Shown here one piece after another: positions 9,563-18,369 of a DNA stretch of 38,075 bases. This stretch comes from Verrucomicrobiales bacterium (GTDB lineage Bacteria > Verrucomicrobiota > Verrucomicrobiia > Methylacidiphilales > JAAUTS01). The position numbers and the translations under genes were made by a program. Every line of letters starts with the position of its first letter. Within the stretch, counting starts at the first letter, position 1. The notes below the pieces were generated by a model, which was not told the DNA's origin, made no database searches, and was given only the letters and a program-made list of their open reading frames with translations. The stretch covers positions 1 to 38,075 of the forward strand of contig JAITHY010000040.1 of NCBI GenBank assembly GCA_031279715.1, read 5' to 3'.

Positions 9563-10462
9563 ATGAGTAATTTTCCCAAGAAAACCATCGGACGGCAATT
9601 CGCCGAGGCGCGCCAGGCCAAAGGCTGGACCCTCGCCGAGGCGGCGCGGCGCACCAACTTGAAACCGTCGCTGCTGGCGTCCCTCGAGGCCGATGAATTT
9701 GACAAACTCCCCAGCGCCGCCAACACGCGCGGCTTCATCCGCCTCTACGCTCGCGAATTGGGACTCGACGGCTGGAAATTACTGCGCCAATTCAGCGGCG
9801 CTGACGATGTGCCCGTAGACATGCTGGAACTGGAGCCGGAGGATTTGGAAGCAATCCCCGCGCGCATCCACAACCGCCCCTCCGCCTCGCAAGGCATCGG
9901 GCTGACCCTCATCATCACCATTATTTTTATCGCCCTCGGCATTGTTGCCTACAAATTGTACACCGTCAGAACATTCATCGCCCAGCCGCCCGATCCACCA
10001 ACAGAAACGACCGCGCCGGAACCCGAGCCGCCGCCCGTCACCAAGCCCGCTGACGATGACATCCCCGTCGCCAAGCCTGTCGAAATGCTGCCGCCCAAAG
10101 CCCAGCCGCTCAATCCTCCGCCGCCCGCCAACAGCGAACCCGCGGCGCCCAAGGCGCCCGAATCCGTCCCCCAACCCGCCGCCATCGTCAACGGTTTGCG
10201 GCTTCAGTTGATTGCCGACGCTGATGTTGACGAAAAATCCCGCTGGGTGCGCGTCACCGCTGTCCGTGACGGAAAAAAAGAAGAGCTTTTCGGCGGCCAT
10301 TTGCCCGCCGGCAGCGTCTTTCCCGCCGACACCCCCTGGATTGCGGATTTCTTCATTATCAGAATGAGCGAGGCCTCCGCCATTGGCATCATCCAAAACG
10401 GCGGCGTCATCCAAAAATACGAACTCCCCGGCGCCCAAACCGTCAGGCTGCCGGTGAACTAA
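9563..10462 (+). CDS. RodZ-like cytoskeleton protein (HTH + TM + Pro-rich linker + DUF4115-like C-terminal domain)
   Basis: Tracked ORF 8939..10462 trimmed to the ATG at 9563, after the ftsK stop. N-terminal HTH (IGRQFAEARQAKGWTLAEAARRTNLKPSLLASLE, FIRLYAREL), one TM (GLTLIITIIFIALGIVAY), a Pro-rich tract, then a beta-rich C-terminus. Confidence 0.7.
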   Translation: MSNFPKKTIGRQFAEARQAKGWTLAEAARRTNLKPSLLASLEADEFDKLPSAANTRGFIRLYARELGLDGWKLLRQFSGADDVPVDMLELEPEDLEAIPARIHNRPSASQGIGLTLIITIIFIALGIVAYKLYTVRTFIAQPPDPPTETTAPEPEPPPVTKPADDDIPVAKPVEMLPPKAQPLNPPPPANSEPAAPKAPESVPQPAAIVNGLRLQLIADADVDEKSRWVRVTAVRDGKKEELFGGHLPAGSVFPADTPWIADFFIIRMSEASAIGIIQNGGVIQKYELPGAQTVRLPVN

Positions 10463-10518
10463 GAGACCGGCGGGATTTGATTGCAGCGCGGGGCGGGCGT
10501 CCTATAGTTACGGCAGCC

Positions 10519-11103
10519 ATGAATTTACCAAACCGACTCAGTGTTTTGCGTCTCATCCTCAGCGTGGTGTTTGTCGGCCTGCTGAGCATACCGCACGCGG
10601 AATGGACGGCAACGGCGGCGTTTTTTATTTTTGTCGCCGCCGGGCTGACGGATTTTTTCGACGGCTATCTCGCGCGGAAATACAATCTGATTACCGACCT
10701 GGGAAAATTGCTCGACCCGATTGCGGATAAAATCATGGTCAGCGCCGCGTTCATTGAATTGGTGGCGTACAATCATTTGATGCCGGTGGAAACGCCCGCG
10801 TGGATTGTAATCGCGGTGCTGGCACGGGAGTTTTCCATCACCGGACTGCGCTCACTGGCGGCGGCGAAAGGCGTTATCCTCGCCGCCGAGCGCATCGGCA
10901 AACACAAAACCATCTCGCAAATCGTCACGGCGCTGGTCGGGCTTGCATTGCTGAGTTGCCGGCAATGGCAGGTCACCATCAGCGGGCTGGATTACGCCTT
11001 CACGCTGTATCAATTTTTATTGTACCTGACGCTGATTATCACGGTTTGGTCAGGATTGGCGTATTTTGTAAAAAATTACCAACTGGTGCTGGCGAAAAAC
11101 TGA
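10519..11103 (+). CDS. pgsA: CDP-diacylglycerol--glycerol-3-phosphate 3-phosphatidyltransferase
   Basis: CDP-alcohol phosphatidyltransferase motif DFFDGYLARKYNLITDLGKLLDPIADK. N-terminus MNLPNRLSVLRL is typical of PgsA. Start trimmed to the ATG at 10519. Confidence 0.88.
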   Translation: MNLPNRLSVLRLILSVVFVGLLSIPHAEWTATAAFFIFVAAGLTDFFDGYLARKYNLITDLGKLLDPIADKIMVSAAFIELVAYNHLMPVETPAWIVIAVLAREFSITGLRSLAAAKGVILAAERIGKHKTISQIVTALVGLALLSCRQWQVTISGLDYAFTLYQFLLYLTLIITVWSGLAYFVKNYQLVLAKN

Positions 11104-11105
11104 TT

Positions 11106-11924
11106 ATGAGTTCCTGGCTCCTTAATCTCGGAGTGTGCGCGCTGACGTTGACGGCGGCGTTTGCCTGCCTGCAAAATTTCCACGCCTGGGTGCGGCGAAT
11201 CGGAGTCTGGCTGGTTTTCACCACACTGGGCCTGGGGACGTGGTTTGTCAGCAACAGTTGGCCGCTGGTCATCGTCAGCCTGTCGTGCTGGTTTTTAATC
11301 CCGCTGGCGCAGGCGGTGTATATGAGCCGCACCCTGCGCTTCTCCCGAAAATCCGCGCTGACGCCTGGCAATCTGACGGGGGACGATTTGGAGAAATTGC
11401 AGCCGCTGACCGCGGAGTTGCGGGAACTGGACTTTGTTCTGGACCGCGATTACTGGCTGGAACCGTCGCCGGTACGGCGCGGGTTTCGTTTGTTCCATCA
11501 CCGCACCAAGCCAATTTACGCCGCCATCAGCATCATCAAACAATACGGCATGGCGTTGTTTTACCTCCAGCTCGTCACCAACGATGCGAACGGTAATTTC
11601 TGGATTACCTGGGATTTTCCGCTGACTTGCAACATGAAAATGCCGCCGCAATTAAAAATTTACCGCTGTCTTGGCACACAAGACACGGCGGAATTGCTGG
11701 CGCAACATGAGGCGTATTTGCAAATCAACGAAGTCCGCCCGTCCGTAACGGGGCAAACACCCGCGGCCTCGCTGCTGTTCAACCATTTGCACGAAATGGT
11801 CATTGGATATAACCTCAACACCGGCACATTGCGCCGTTATCCACGCGCTGATGATGAAATCGGCTACAGTTGGCATGGAACTTGGTACATTTCCCGCAAA
11901 TTATTTTGGGAATTAATGAGATGA
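11106..11924 (+). CDS. Hypothetical membrane protein (about 3 N-terminal TM helices plus a soluble domain), no family recognised
   Basis: Tracked ORF 10800..11924 trimmed to the ATG at 11106, 3 nt after the pgsA stop. The hydrophobic N-terminus is MSSWLLNLGVCALTLTAAFA...; I recognise no motif. Confidence 0.55.
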   Translation: MSSWLLNLGVCALTLTAAFACLQNFHAWVRRIGVWLVFTTLGLGTWFVSNSWPLVIVSLSCWFLIPLAQAVYMSRTLRFSRKSALTPGNLTGDDLEKLQPLTAELRELDFVLDRDYWLEPSPVRRGFRLFHHRTKPIYAAISIIKQYGMALFYLQLVTNDANGNFWITWDFPLTCNMKMPPQLKIYRCLGTQDTAELLAQHEAYLQINEVRPSVTGQTPAASLLFNHLHEMVIGYNLNTGTLRRYPRADDEIGYSWHGTWYISRKLFWELMR

Positions 11925-12143
11925 TGAGAATTTCAAACCCGCCTGTTTTCCTGTAATGGAAGAAAATTTTACTTTCCTAATTTTTATTTTATGTAGTAAA
12001 ATAAAAATATGATAAAAAAATAATATTGCGAGATATATAATTATGGACTATTCTTATGTGTTGACTAGTCAGTCAATGACTATCAAGAATAACTTATGAT
12101 GACAATTGGAATTGTAATGGAAATAACGTTAAGGTAACAACTC
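11925..12143. promoter_or_regulatory. Strongly AT-rich spacer upstream of the sigma-factor gene; presumed promoter/leader with TGAC/GTCA dyads
   Basis: 219 bp that look about 25-30% G+C by eye, against about 60% in the flanks. Contains the 10-bp palindrome TGACTAGTCA (12062-12071), overlapping the inverted repeat TAGTCA-GTCAA-TGACTA (12066-12082). Several TATAAT-like hexamers are present; I could not fix a promoter. Confidence 0.4.
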
Positions 12144-13085
12144 ATGAGCACAACATCCCATACCCCCACCGCCTCCGTGGAAAGTTATTTAAAGGAAATC
12201 GGGCAGTATTCGCTGCTTAACCGGGAAGAGGAAATCAGGCTGGCAAACGAAATTCAGCGTCACAACCACGCCGCCTTGCAAACGCTGGTACAGTCCAATT
12301 TGCGCCTGGTGGTTAAAATCGCCCTGGAATACACGGGGCTTGGCCTGCCGCTGCCGGACTTGATTTCCGAGGGCAACCTCGGCCTCGTCCGCGCGGCGGA
12401 ATTGTTCAACCCGAAAGTCGGCGCGAAATTCAGCACCTACGCCGCATTGTGGATTAAGCAGCGCATCCGCCGCGCCATCACGAACCAAGCCAAAACCATC
12501 CGCGTACCGATTTGGAAGGCGCAGTTGTTGCGCAAAACGCAAATCGCCACGGAGATGTTGCTGTCGCAACTTGGGCATGCGCCGACCGACGCGGAAATCG
12601 CCGCGACCGCCGGGCTGGAACCGGATGACCTTGAGCGGGCGCGCTCGGCTTTGGTGCAAGTTGTGTCGCTCGACACGACGCCGGGCAATCTGGAGGATTC
12701 CAAAGAAACGAATTTGTCCAACACCATTCCAGATGAGAACACCGTTGACCCTTCCAAGGAAATCGTGCAAAAGGAATTGCTGGAAAATGCCATGGCGTCG
12801 CTGAACACGCTGAACGACAAAGAGTTGAAAATTCTGTCGATGCGTTTCGGCTTGCATGGGCACGAGGAAGAGACGCTGGAAACGATTGGCAAAAATTTCC
12901 ACGTCAGCCGCGAGCGCATTCGCCAGTTGCAAGAAATCGCGCTGACCAAACTGCGACGCCAGCTTACCGACGACAGTCTGATAATATCGGACGCGGAGCG
13001 CATTCGGAATTTTCACGAGTTGAGTGACCGGCTGAAAGTTTTGTTCGGCGACAAGAAAAAACCCGACGCCAAAATTTTGACCTAG
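12144..13085 (+). CDS. RNA polymerase sigma-70 family factor (RpoD/SigA-like, regions 1.2-4.2)
   Basis: Region 1.2 YLKEIGQYSLLNREEE. Region 2 NLRLVVKIALEYTGLGLPLPDLISEGNLGLVRAAELFNPKVGAKFSTYAALWIKQRIRRAI. Region 3 IRVPIW. Region 4 LSMRFGL...ETLETIGKNFHVSRERIRQLQEIALTKLR. About 40 extra residues follow region 4.2. Confidence 0.88.
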   Translation: MSTTSHTPTASVESYLKEIGQYSLLNREEEIRLANEIQRHNHAALQTLVQSNLRLVVKIALEYTGLGLPLPDLISEGNLGLVRAAELFNPKVGAKFSTYAALWIKQRIRRAITNQAKTIRVPIWKAQLLRKTQIATEMLLSQLGHAPTDAEIAATAGLEPDDLERARSALVQVVSLDTTPGNLEDSKETNLSNTIPDENTVDPSKEIVQKELLENAMASLNTLNDKELKILSMRFGLHGHEEETLETIGKNFHVSRERIRQLQEIALTKLRRQLTDDSLIISDAERIRNFHELSDRLKVLFGDKKKPDAKILT

Positions 13086-13119
13086 GGAAACTTCCCTGGC
13101 CTAGACGGGGGTTATAGGT

Positions 13120-13157
13120 CTCGCGGCGGCGCTGGCCCGGCGCCACGCCGCCGCGAG
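13120..13157 (+). terminator. Perfect 12-bp GC stem hairpin downstream of the sigma gene (possible terminator, no clear T-tract)
   Basis: CTCGCGGCGGCG (13120-13131), a 14-nt loop, then CGCCGCCGCGAG (13146-13157). It begins 35 nt after the stop at 13085. Confidence 0.45.
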
Positions 13158-13229
13158 GGTCATTCAACTCCGCTGACGATGAACATTAACACCTTTTATT
13201 TTGGCGCGGGCGCGGTATATTAACCCTTA

Positions 13230-14495
13230 ATGCCCGCCAATGTTGAACCAACCCCGTGGATGATAATCCCGTTCGCCGTCATGCTGCTGTCGATTGCGGC
13301 GATGCCGTTCATCAACAAACACTGGTGGGAGAAACACTACCCGCTGGTGGCGCTGACGCTCGGCTCCATCACGGTCGCCTACTATCTGTTCGCGCTGCGC
13401 GACCCGCTGACTGTCACACACACCGCGCACGAATACGCCAGCTTCATCGCCCTCATCGGATCGCTGTTCATCGTCAGCGGCGGCATTCACCTTTCACTGA
13501 AAGGCGAGTCCACCCCGACGGGCAACGTGGTGTTCCTGTTCATCGGCAGCGTGCTGGCGAACCTCGTCGGCACCACGGGCGCGTCCATGCTGCTGATCCG
13601 CCCGTGGATTCGCATGAACAAATACCGCATCACCGCGTTTCACATCGTTTTTTTTATCTTCACCATCAGCAATGTCGCCGGCTGCCTCACACCGATTGGC
13701 GACCCGCCCCTGTTCCTTGGCTACCTGCGCGGCGTGCCGTTTTTCTGGACTTTGGAACACTTGTGGCTGCCGTGGGCGTTCACCCTCAGCGCGCTGCTGG
13801 CGGTGTTTTATTGGCTGGACCGCCGCAACTTCCTGCGCGCCTCCGGAAAAATCCGTCACCAACAAACCGCCGCCGGTGAAACCTGGAGATTCACCGGCAC
13901 GCACAATGTCTTTTTTCTGGCGCTCATCCTGATGGCGGTTTTCCTCCCCTCGCCGTGGCGCGAGGCGCTGATGGTGGGCGCGGCGGCCGCGTCATATTAC
14001 TCCACCAAGCGCGAAGTCCACGCCTCCAACGCCTTCAATTTCGCGCCCATCAAGGAGGTCGCCTTCCTGTTCATCGGCATTTTCGCCACCATGATGCCCG
14101 CTCTGGATTATTTGAAACTGCACGCCGCCGGCCTCGGCATCGCCTCGCCGCTGACATTCTACTTTTCCAGCGGCATCCTCAGCGGAGTCCTCGACAATGC
14201 GCCGACTTATCTCACTTTCCTCAGCGCCGCCTCCGGACTATTCGCTGACGGCGGCATCCCCGGCCTCATCGCTGACCATCAGCCCTACCTGGTCGCCATC
14301 TCGCTGGGAGCGGTCTTTTTCGGCGCGCTGACCTACATCGGCAACGGCCCGAACTTCATGGTCAAATCCATCGCTGAACACGCCAAGGTACACACCCCCG
14401 GCTTCATTCAATACATTGTAAAATATGCGCTGCCGGTGTTGCTGCCGATTTTAATCCTGGCCGGCTGGTTGTTTTTACACAACTCAAGCGCGTGA
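13230..14495 (+). CDS. ArsB/NhaD/CitMHS-superfamily permease (annotated in relatives as sodium:proton antiporter)
   Basis: 421 aa with about 10-12 TM helices. The N-terminus PWMIIPFAVMLLSIAAMPFINKHWWEKHY and the C-terminal GNGPNFMVKSIAE resemble NhaD-like/citrate-transporter-like permeases. The family call is from memory, not a search. Confidence 0.65.
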   Translation: MPANVEPTPWMIIPFAVMLLSIAAMPFINKHWWEKHYPLVALTLGSITVAYYLFALRDPLTVTHTAHEYASFIALIGSLFIVSGGIHLSLKGESTPTGNVVFLFIGSVLANLVGTTGASMLLIRPWIRMNKYRITAFHIVFFIFTISNVAGCLTPIGDPPLFLGYLRGVPFFWTLEHLWLPWAFTLSALLAVFYWLDRRNFLRASGKIRHQQTAAGETWRFTGTHNVFFLALILMAVFLPSPWREALMVGAAAASYYSTKREVHASNAFNFAPIKEVAFLFIGIFATMMPALDYLKLHAAGLGIASPLTFYFSSGILSGVLDNAPTYLTFLSAASGLFADGGIPGLIADHQPYLVAISLGAVFFGALTYIGNGPNFMVKSIAEHAKVHTPGFIQYIVKYALPVLLPILILAGWLFLHNSSA

Positions 14496-14500
14496 ACCGG

Positions 14501-14515
14501 CGCTGACCGTCAGCG
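14501..14515. repeat. Palindromic double copy of the window's hyper-abundant word (CGCTGAC-C-GTCAGCG) between convergent genes
   Basis: It fills most of the 22-bp gap between the permease stop (14493-14495) and the peptidase stop (14518-20, minus strand). It could act as a short bidirectional hairpin. Confidence 0.6.
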
Positions 14516-14517
14516 GA

Positions 14518-15225
14518 TCAGTTCCGCCGGTTGCCCAGCAACAGCGGGAGCAAATAATAGAGTGTGTACAACAGCGACGTGATAAACGCCGCCACATAGG
14601 TCCAGCCCGCCGTCGTCAGCACTTTTTTCACACCCGCGCGCTCCTCGGCGTCAGCGAGAAAATTCATCTTGTCCAAAATCAGCACCGCGCGGCGCGAGGC
14701 GTCAAACTCCACCGGCAGCGTGATTAAATTAAACAGCATGATGACGCCCCAGCCGCCCGCCATGAACAGCAGGTACGTCGTCGCCGTCACACCGCGAAAA
14801 TGCCCGAACCCACCGGTGAACAAAAAAATCAACGGCAGCCACGTGACCAACTGGTTCGCATAAGTCGTCGCCCCAACCGATGCCATGCGCCAAGTCAGCG
14901 GCTTGTACGCGATTTTGTGCTGGATGGCGTGGCCGCACTCGTGCGCCGCGATGCCCAGCGCCGCGACGGAACTGCCGCGATAATGGTCCGGCGACAGCAC
15001 CAGCCGTTTATGAATCGGGTCGTAATGGTCGCCAAGGAATGAGTTGCCCGGCACGATGTCCACGTCGTGAATCCCCGCCGCGCTGAGGATGCGGCGCGCG
15101 CACTCCGCCCCCGTCTCGCCCGACGCCGCGCGCACCCGGCTCCAATGATGAATCGCCGCCTTGACCCGTAGCGTCGCCACCAAGGAAATGACCGTCGTGA
15201 CAATAAGTATGCTCCAGAACAACAT
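14518..15225 (-). CDS. Zinc metallopeptidase, YugP-like (Zn_peptidase_2 family) membrane protein
   Basis: 235 aa. HECGHAIQH zinc motif, N-terminal TM and C-terminal TM helices, and DHYDPxxKxLxLS-type sequence (GDHYDPIHKRLVLSP). Confidence 0.8.
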   Translation of the reverse strand: MLFWSILIVTTVISLVATLRVKAAIHHWSRVRAASGETGAECARRILSAAGIHDVDIVPGNSFLGDHYDPIHKRLVLSPDHYRGSSVAALGIAAHECGHAIQHKIAYKPLTWRMASVGATTYANQLVTWLPLIFLFTGGFGHFRGVTATTYLLFMAGGWGVIMLFNLITLPVEFDASRRAVLILDKMNFLADAEERAGVKKVLTTAGWTYVAAFITSLLYTLYYLLPLLLGNRRN

Positions 15226-15344
15226 GCCCGCATTTTATCCCGCTGACCATGACCTGCAAGCGATAACTTTAACCGCGCGGATAATCCCCCCGTAAAAACC
15301 ATCTCATCACCAGCGCCGTGGCTCACCGTGTTTTCCGCCGCCCG

Positions 15345-16547
15345 TTAAGATCGATCCCGTTTCCCACGCCAGGCATTCTCGCGGGAAAAATAATGGAGGC
15401 GCGCGGAGTCGAGGGTCATCAAACCGTATAAAATTCCCGCCACCGGCAGCGTAAAACTCCAGAAAAAACCGAGGTTGAAAAATCTGACGGCGGGACGATA
15501 AACAAAAAATTGCACAAGCAGAATCAGCGCCCCGCACACCCCCGCCGCGTAACTGGTCACTGTCAGCGGCGCGGCGAACAAATGCGTCACCATCAGCGCC
15601 GGCAACATGAACGTGGCGAACAAGCCAGCCAGCGCCACCGCCAGCCGCGGCGGGTTGTGTTTCAACTCCGTGTACGCGCTGCGCCGCACCATGCGCCAAA
15701 TTTCGCCCAGGGTGCCGTAGGGCCGCTCGCTGATGACCTCGTGACCGCTCAATGACAAATTGATCGGCAAACCCTGCGCTTTAACCTGGCGGGCAAGATT
15801 CACATCGTCAATGAGGCAGCTTTTAATGGACTCCAGACTCCAGCCGAGTTTCACCAACGCTGACTGTGACAACAACACGCAACCACCGGCGGCGCCGGCG
15901 AATGGATCCCCCGGATTGTTGATGCGGCGCATCGGATAAAGCAAGTTGAAAAAAAACACGAACGCGGGGATGAGTAATTTTTCCCAAAACGACTCGCAAC
16001 GCAGCAACGCCATGCGCGAATTCAGCGCCAGCCCCGCTGACCGTGACTCCGCCACCAACCGCGAGACACTGCCCATCCGGTGCCAAATATCCGCGTCGGT
16101 CAACAGCACATAATCCGGCCAGTGCTCACGGTCAGCGCCGATGTTCCGCAAAGCCTGGTGCATCGCCCACACCTTCCCCACCCAGCCGTCCGGCAGCGCC
16201 CCGCCGGGAATCACCGTCAGCGAGCGATTTTTGTGCTCAAAAAATTCCACCGCGGCGCGCGCCGCCTCGGCGGTGCGGTCGCTCGAATGGTCGTCCACCA
16301 AATGAATGTCTATCCGCCCCGGAAAATCCTGATGATACAACGCGGGCACCGTCAGCGGCACCAAGTCCGCCTCGTTGCGCGCCGGCGTCACCACAACCAC
16401 GCGCAGGCACGCCAACTCCGCTGACGGCGAGCCTTTTTCATCAAGGTCGCCAATCGGCAGGAAATCCCACCGCCGGATTTTTTCCACCAGCAGCCAATCC
16501 CATGTCATCAACACCGCGACCAATACTATGAAGGCGACCAACACCAT
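15345..16547 (-). CDS. Family-2 glycosyltransferase, HpnB-like (hopanoid-associated type) with flanking TM helices
   Basis: VVVVTPARNEADLV...IHLVDDHSSDRT, LTDADIWH, ALLRCESFWEKLLIPAFVFFFNLLYP, AAGGCVLL, LIDDVNLA. This pattern matches my memory of the HpnB family. Confidence 0.65.
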   Translation of the reverse strand: MVLVAFIVLVAVLMTWDWLLVEKIRRWDFLPIGDLDEKGSPSAELACLRVVVVTPARNEADLVPLTVPALYHQDFPGRIDIHLVDDHSSDRTAEAARAAVEFFEHKNRSLTVIPGGALPDGWVGKVWAMHQALRNIGADREHWPDYVLLTDADIWHRMGSVSRLVAESRSAGLALNSRMALLRCESFWEKLLIPAFVFFFNLLYPMRRINNPGDPFAGAAGGCVLLSQSALVKLGWSLESIKSCLIDDVNLARQVKAQGLPINLSLSGHEVISERPYGTLGEIWRMVRRSAYTELKHNPPRLAVALAGLFATFMLPALMVTHLFAAPLTVTSYAAGVCGALILLVQFFVYRPAVRFFNLGFFWSFTLPVAGILYGLMTLDSARLHYFSRENAWRGKRDRS

Positions 16548-16627
16548 GCTTGAAATTAGACACGGGAAATTCCAATTTCAAAATAAATACCGCTGGAATT
16601 CACATTCCGCGCCGCTACACTGCGCGC

Positions 16628-17143
16628 ATGCCCCTGCCGGGAAAACCACTCATCAGCGCGCCACGCATCCAAAAACGGGTGCGGGAATTGGCCCGCTCCA
16701 TCGCCAGTCACTACCAGGGCAAGCCGCTGACCGTGGTCGGGCTGATGAACGGCGGGCTGTTTTTCATGGTGGATGTGACGCGGCGCCTGCCGCCCGACAC
16801 GCGGATTGAATGCTGGAAGGTCGGCAGTTATCACGGCAAAAAATCCACCAACCGCGTCATCGGGCTGGACGGTTGCGAGGGCGATTATCACGGGCGGCAC
16901 GTCCTGCTGCTCGACGACATTCTGGACACCGGGCGAACGCTGTCCGAGACGCGGGAAAAATTGCTCCAGACCGGCGCCGTCAGCGTCAAAACATGCGTGC
17001 TATTGTCCAAAAACGCCCCGCGCGTCCGCGCCGTCAGCGCCGATTGGGTTGGCTTCAAAATCGAAAACCATTACGTCATCGGTTACGGGCTGGACTACCG
17101 CCACCGCTACCGCACGCTGCCAATGATTCGCCGGCTGGATTAA
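16628..17143 (+). CDS. hpt: Hypoxanthine(-guanine) phosphoribosyltransferase
   Basis: PRPP-binding loop VLLLDDILDTGRTL, GLMNGGLFFMVD, VIGYGLDY. Start trimmed to the ATG at 16628. Divergent from the GT2 gene across an 80-bp spacer. Confidence 0.88.
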   Translation: MPLPGKPLISAPRIQKRVRELARSIASHYQGKPLTVVGLMNGGLFFMVDVTRRLPPDTRIECWKVGSYHGKKSTNRVIGLDGCEGDYHGRHVLLLDDILDTGRTLSETREKLLQTGAVSVKTCVLLSKNAPRVRAVSADWVGFKIENHYVIGYGLDYRHRYRTLPMIRRLD

Positions 17144-17195
17144 AAATTCCTCACAATTCGCTGGAAAAATATATATTTCCCCTATACTCGCTCAC

Positions 17196-18281
17196 ATGGC
17201 TTCCAAACGTATTGCTGTTTTAACCAGTGGCGGGGACTGCCCCGGCCTTAACGCGGTCATTCGCGGCGTGGCGCACGCCGCCGCTCATCACAACTGGGAG
17301 GTAATCGGCTTCACCGACGGTTACGAGGGTATGCTCTCACCCGTGCGCTACCGGATTTTGGACACCGGCGCAACCGACGGCATCATGCAACTGGGCGGCA
17401 CCATCCTCGGCACCACCAACAAAGGACGTTTCGTCGCCAAAATCGGACACGGCAACAAGGCTGAGCTTGACCCCGCCATCATCAACGAGGCGAGGGAAAC
17501 GCTGGACGGACTGGGAGTCGAGGCGGTGGTCTGCATCGGCGGCGACGGTTCGCTGAGCACCGCGCAACAACTTTTTGAAAATGGCATCAAAACCATCGGC
17601 GTCCCGAAGACCATCGACAACGACATCGCGGCAACGGCCATGACCTTCGGCTTTGACTCCGCCATTTCCTGCGTGGTTGACTCAATGGACAAACTATACA
17701 CCACCGCGCGCAGCCACAAACGCTGCATGATTGTTGAAGTCATGGGACGCTACGCCGGCTGGATTGCGTTGCACGGCGGCCTGGCGGGCGGCGCGGACAT
17801 TATCCTGCTGCCGGAAATTCCGTTTGATATCGACAAAGTTTGCGAAGTGGTGAAAACGCGCGAGGCAAACGGTTATTACACCACGATGATCGTCGTCGCC
17901 GAAGGCGCGAAAAAAAGCGACGGCACCTATACCACCAAGGACGCGCAAGGGCGAAAGGGCGAGGCCGCTCTGGGCGGAATCGGTGATTACGTCGCCCAAA
18001 GCATCGCGGAAAAAACCGGCAAGGAAACGCGCTGCACCGTGCTGGGTCACTTGCAGCGCGGCGGCGACCCGACAGCACTTGACCGCATTCTTGGCAGTTC
18101 GTTTGGCGTCGCGGCGGTGGAACTTATCGCGGCGGGCAAGTTTGGGCACATGGTCAGCTACCGCAATGACGAAATCACCAACGTGCCGATTATCGACGCA
18201 GTCAGCCATCTGAAGCAGGTCAAACCTGACAGTCAGCTGGTCAAAACCTGCCGCGACATCGGCATCAGCTTCGGCGATTAA
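17196..18281 (+). CDS. pfkA: 6-phosphofructokinase (PfkA family)
   Basis: RIAVLTSGGDCPGLNAVIRGV, CIGGDGSLS, GVPKTIDNDI, MGRYAGWIALHGG, LGHLQRGG. Confidence 0.9.
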   Translation: MASKRIAVLTSGGDCPGLNAVIRGVAHAAAHHNWEVIGFTDGYEGMLSPVRYRILDTGATDGIMQLGGTILGTTNKGRFVAKIGHGNKAELDPAIINEARETLDGLGVEAVVCIGGDGSLSTAQQLFENGIKTIGVPKTIDNDIAATAMTFGFDSAISCVVDSMDKLYTTARSHKRCMIVEVMGRYAGWIALHGGLAGGADIILLPEIPFDIDKVCEVVKTREANGYYTTMIVVAEGAKKSDGTYTTKDAQGRKGEAALGGIGDYVAQSIAEKTGKETRCTVLGHLQRGGDPTALDRILGSSFGVAAVELIAAGKFGHMVSYRNDEITNVPIIDAVSHLKQVKPDSQLVKTCRDIGISFGD

Positions 18282-18307
18282 ATTCCACCGAAATGGCGCG
18301 GAGCGCG

Positions 18308-18334
18308 CCGGATTATTTTTAATAAATAATCCGG
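18308..18334. terminator. Bidirectional hairpin between convergent pfk and CHAP genes
   Basis: CCGGATTATTT-ttaat-AAATAATCCGG, a perfect 11-bp stem. A second 7-bp stem GCCTTTG/CAAAGGC lies at 18345-18365. Confidence 0.55.
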
Positions 18335-18369
18335 ACTCCCTCACGCCTTTGCAGTGAACAAAGGCTCCC

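Noticed and set aside
12189-13016. 275-aa and 188-aa minus-strand ORFs across the sigma-factor gene
   Set aside because: They are antisense shadows of a CDS with clear sigma-70 regions 2-4.
16566-16608. Dyads GAAATT-CC-AATTTC (16566-16579) and GGAAT-tcac-ATTCC (16595-16608) in the GT2/hpt divergent spacer as operator sites
   Set aside because: They are short AT-rich dyads that arise easily by chance in an 80-bp spacer. No regulator or conservation evidence is available.
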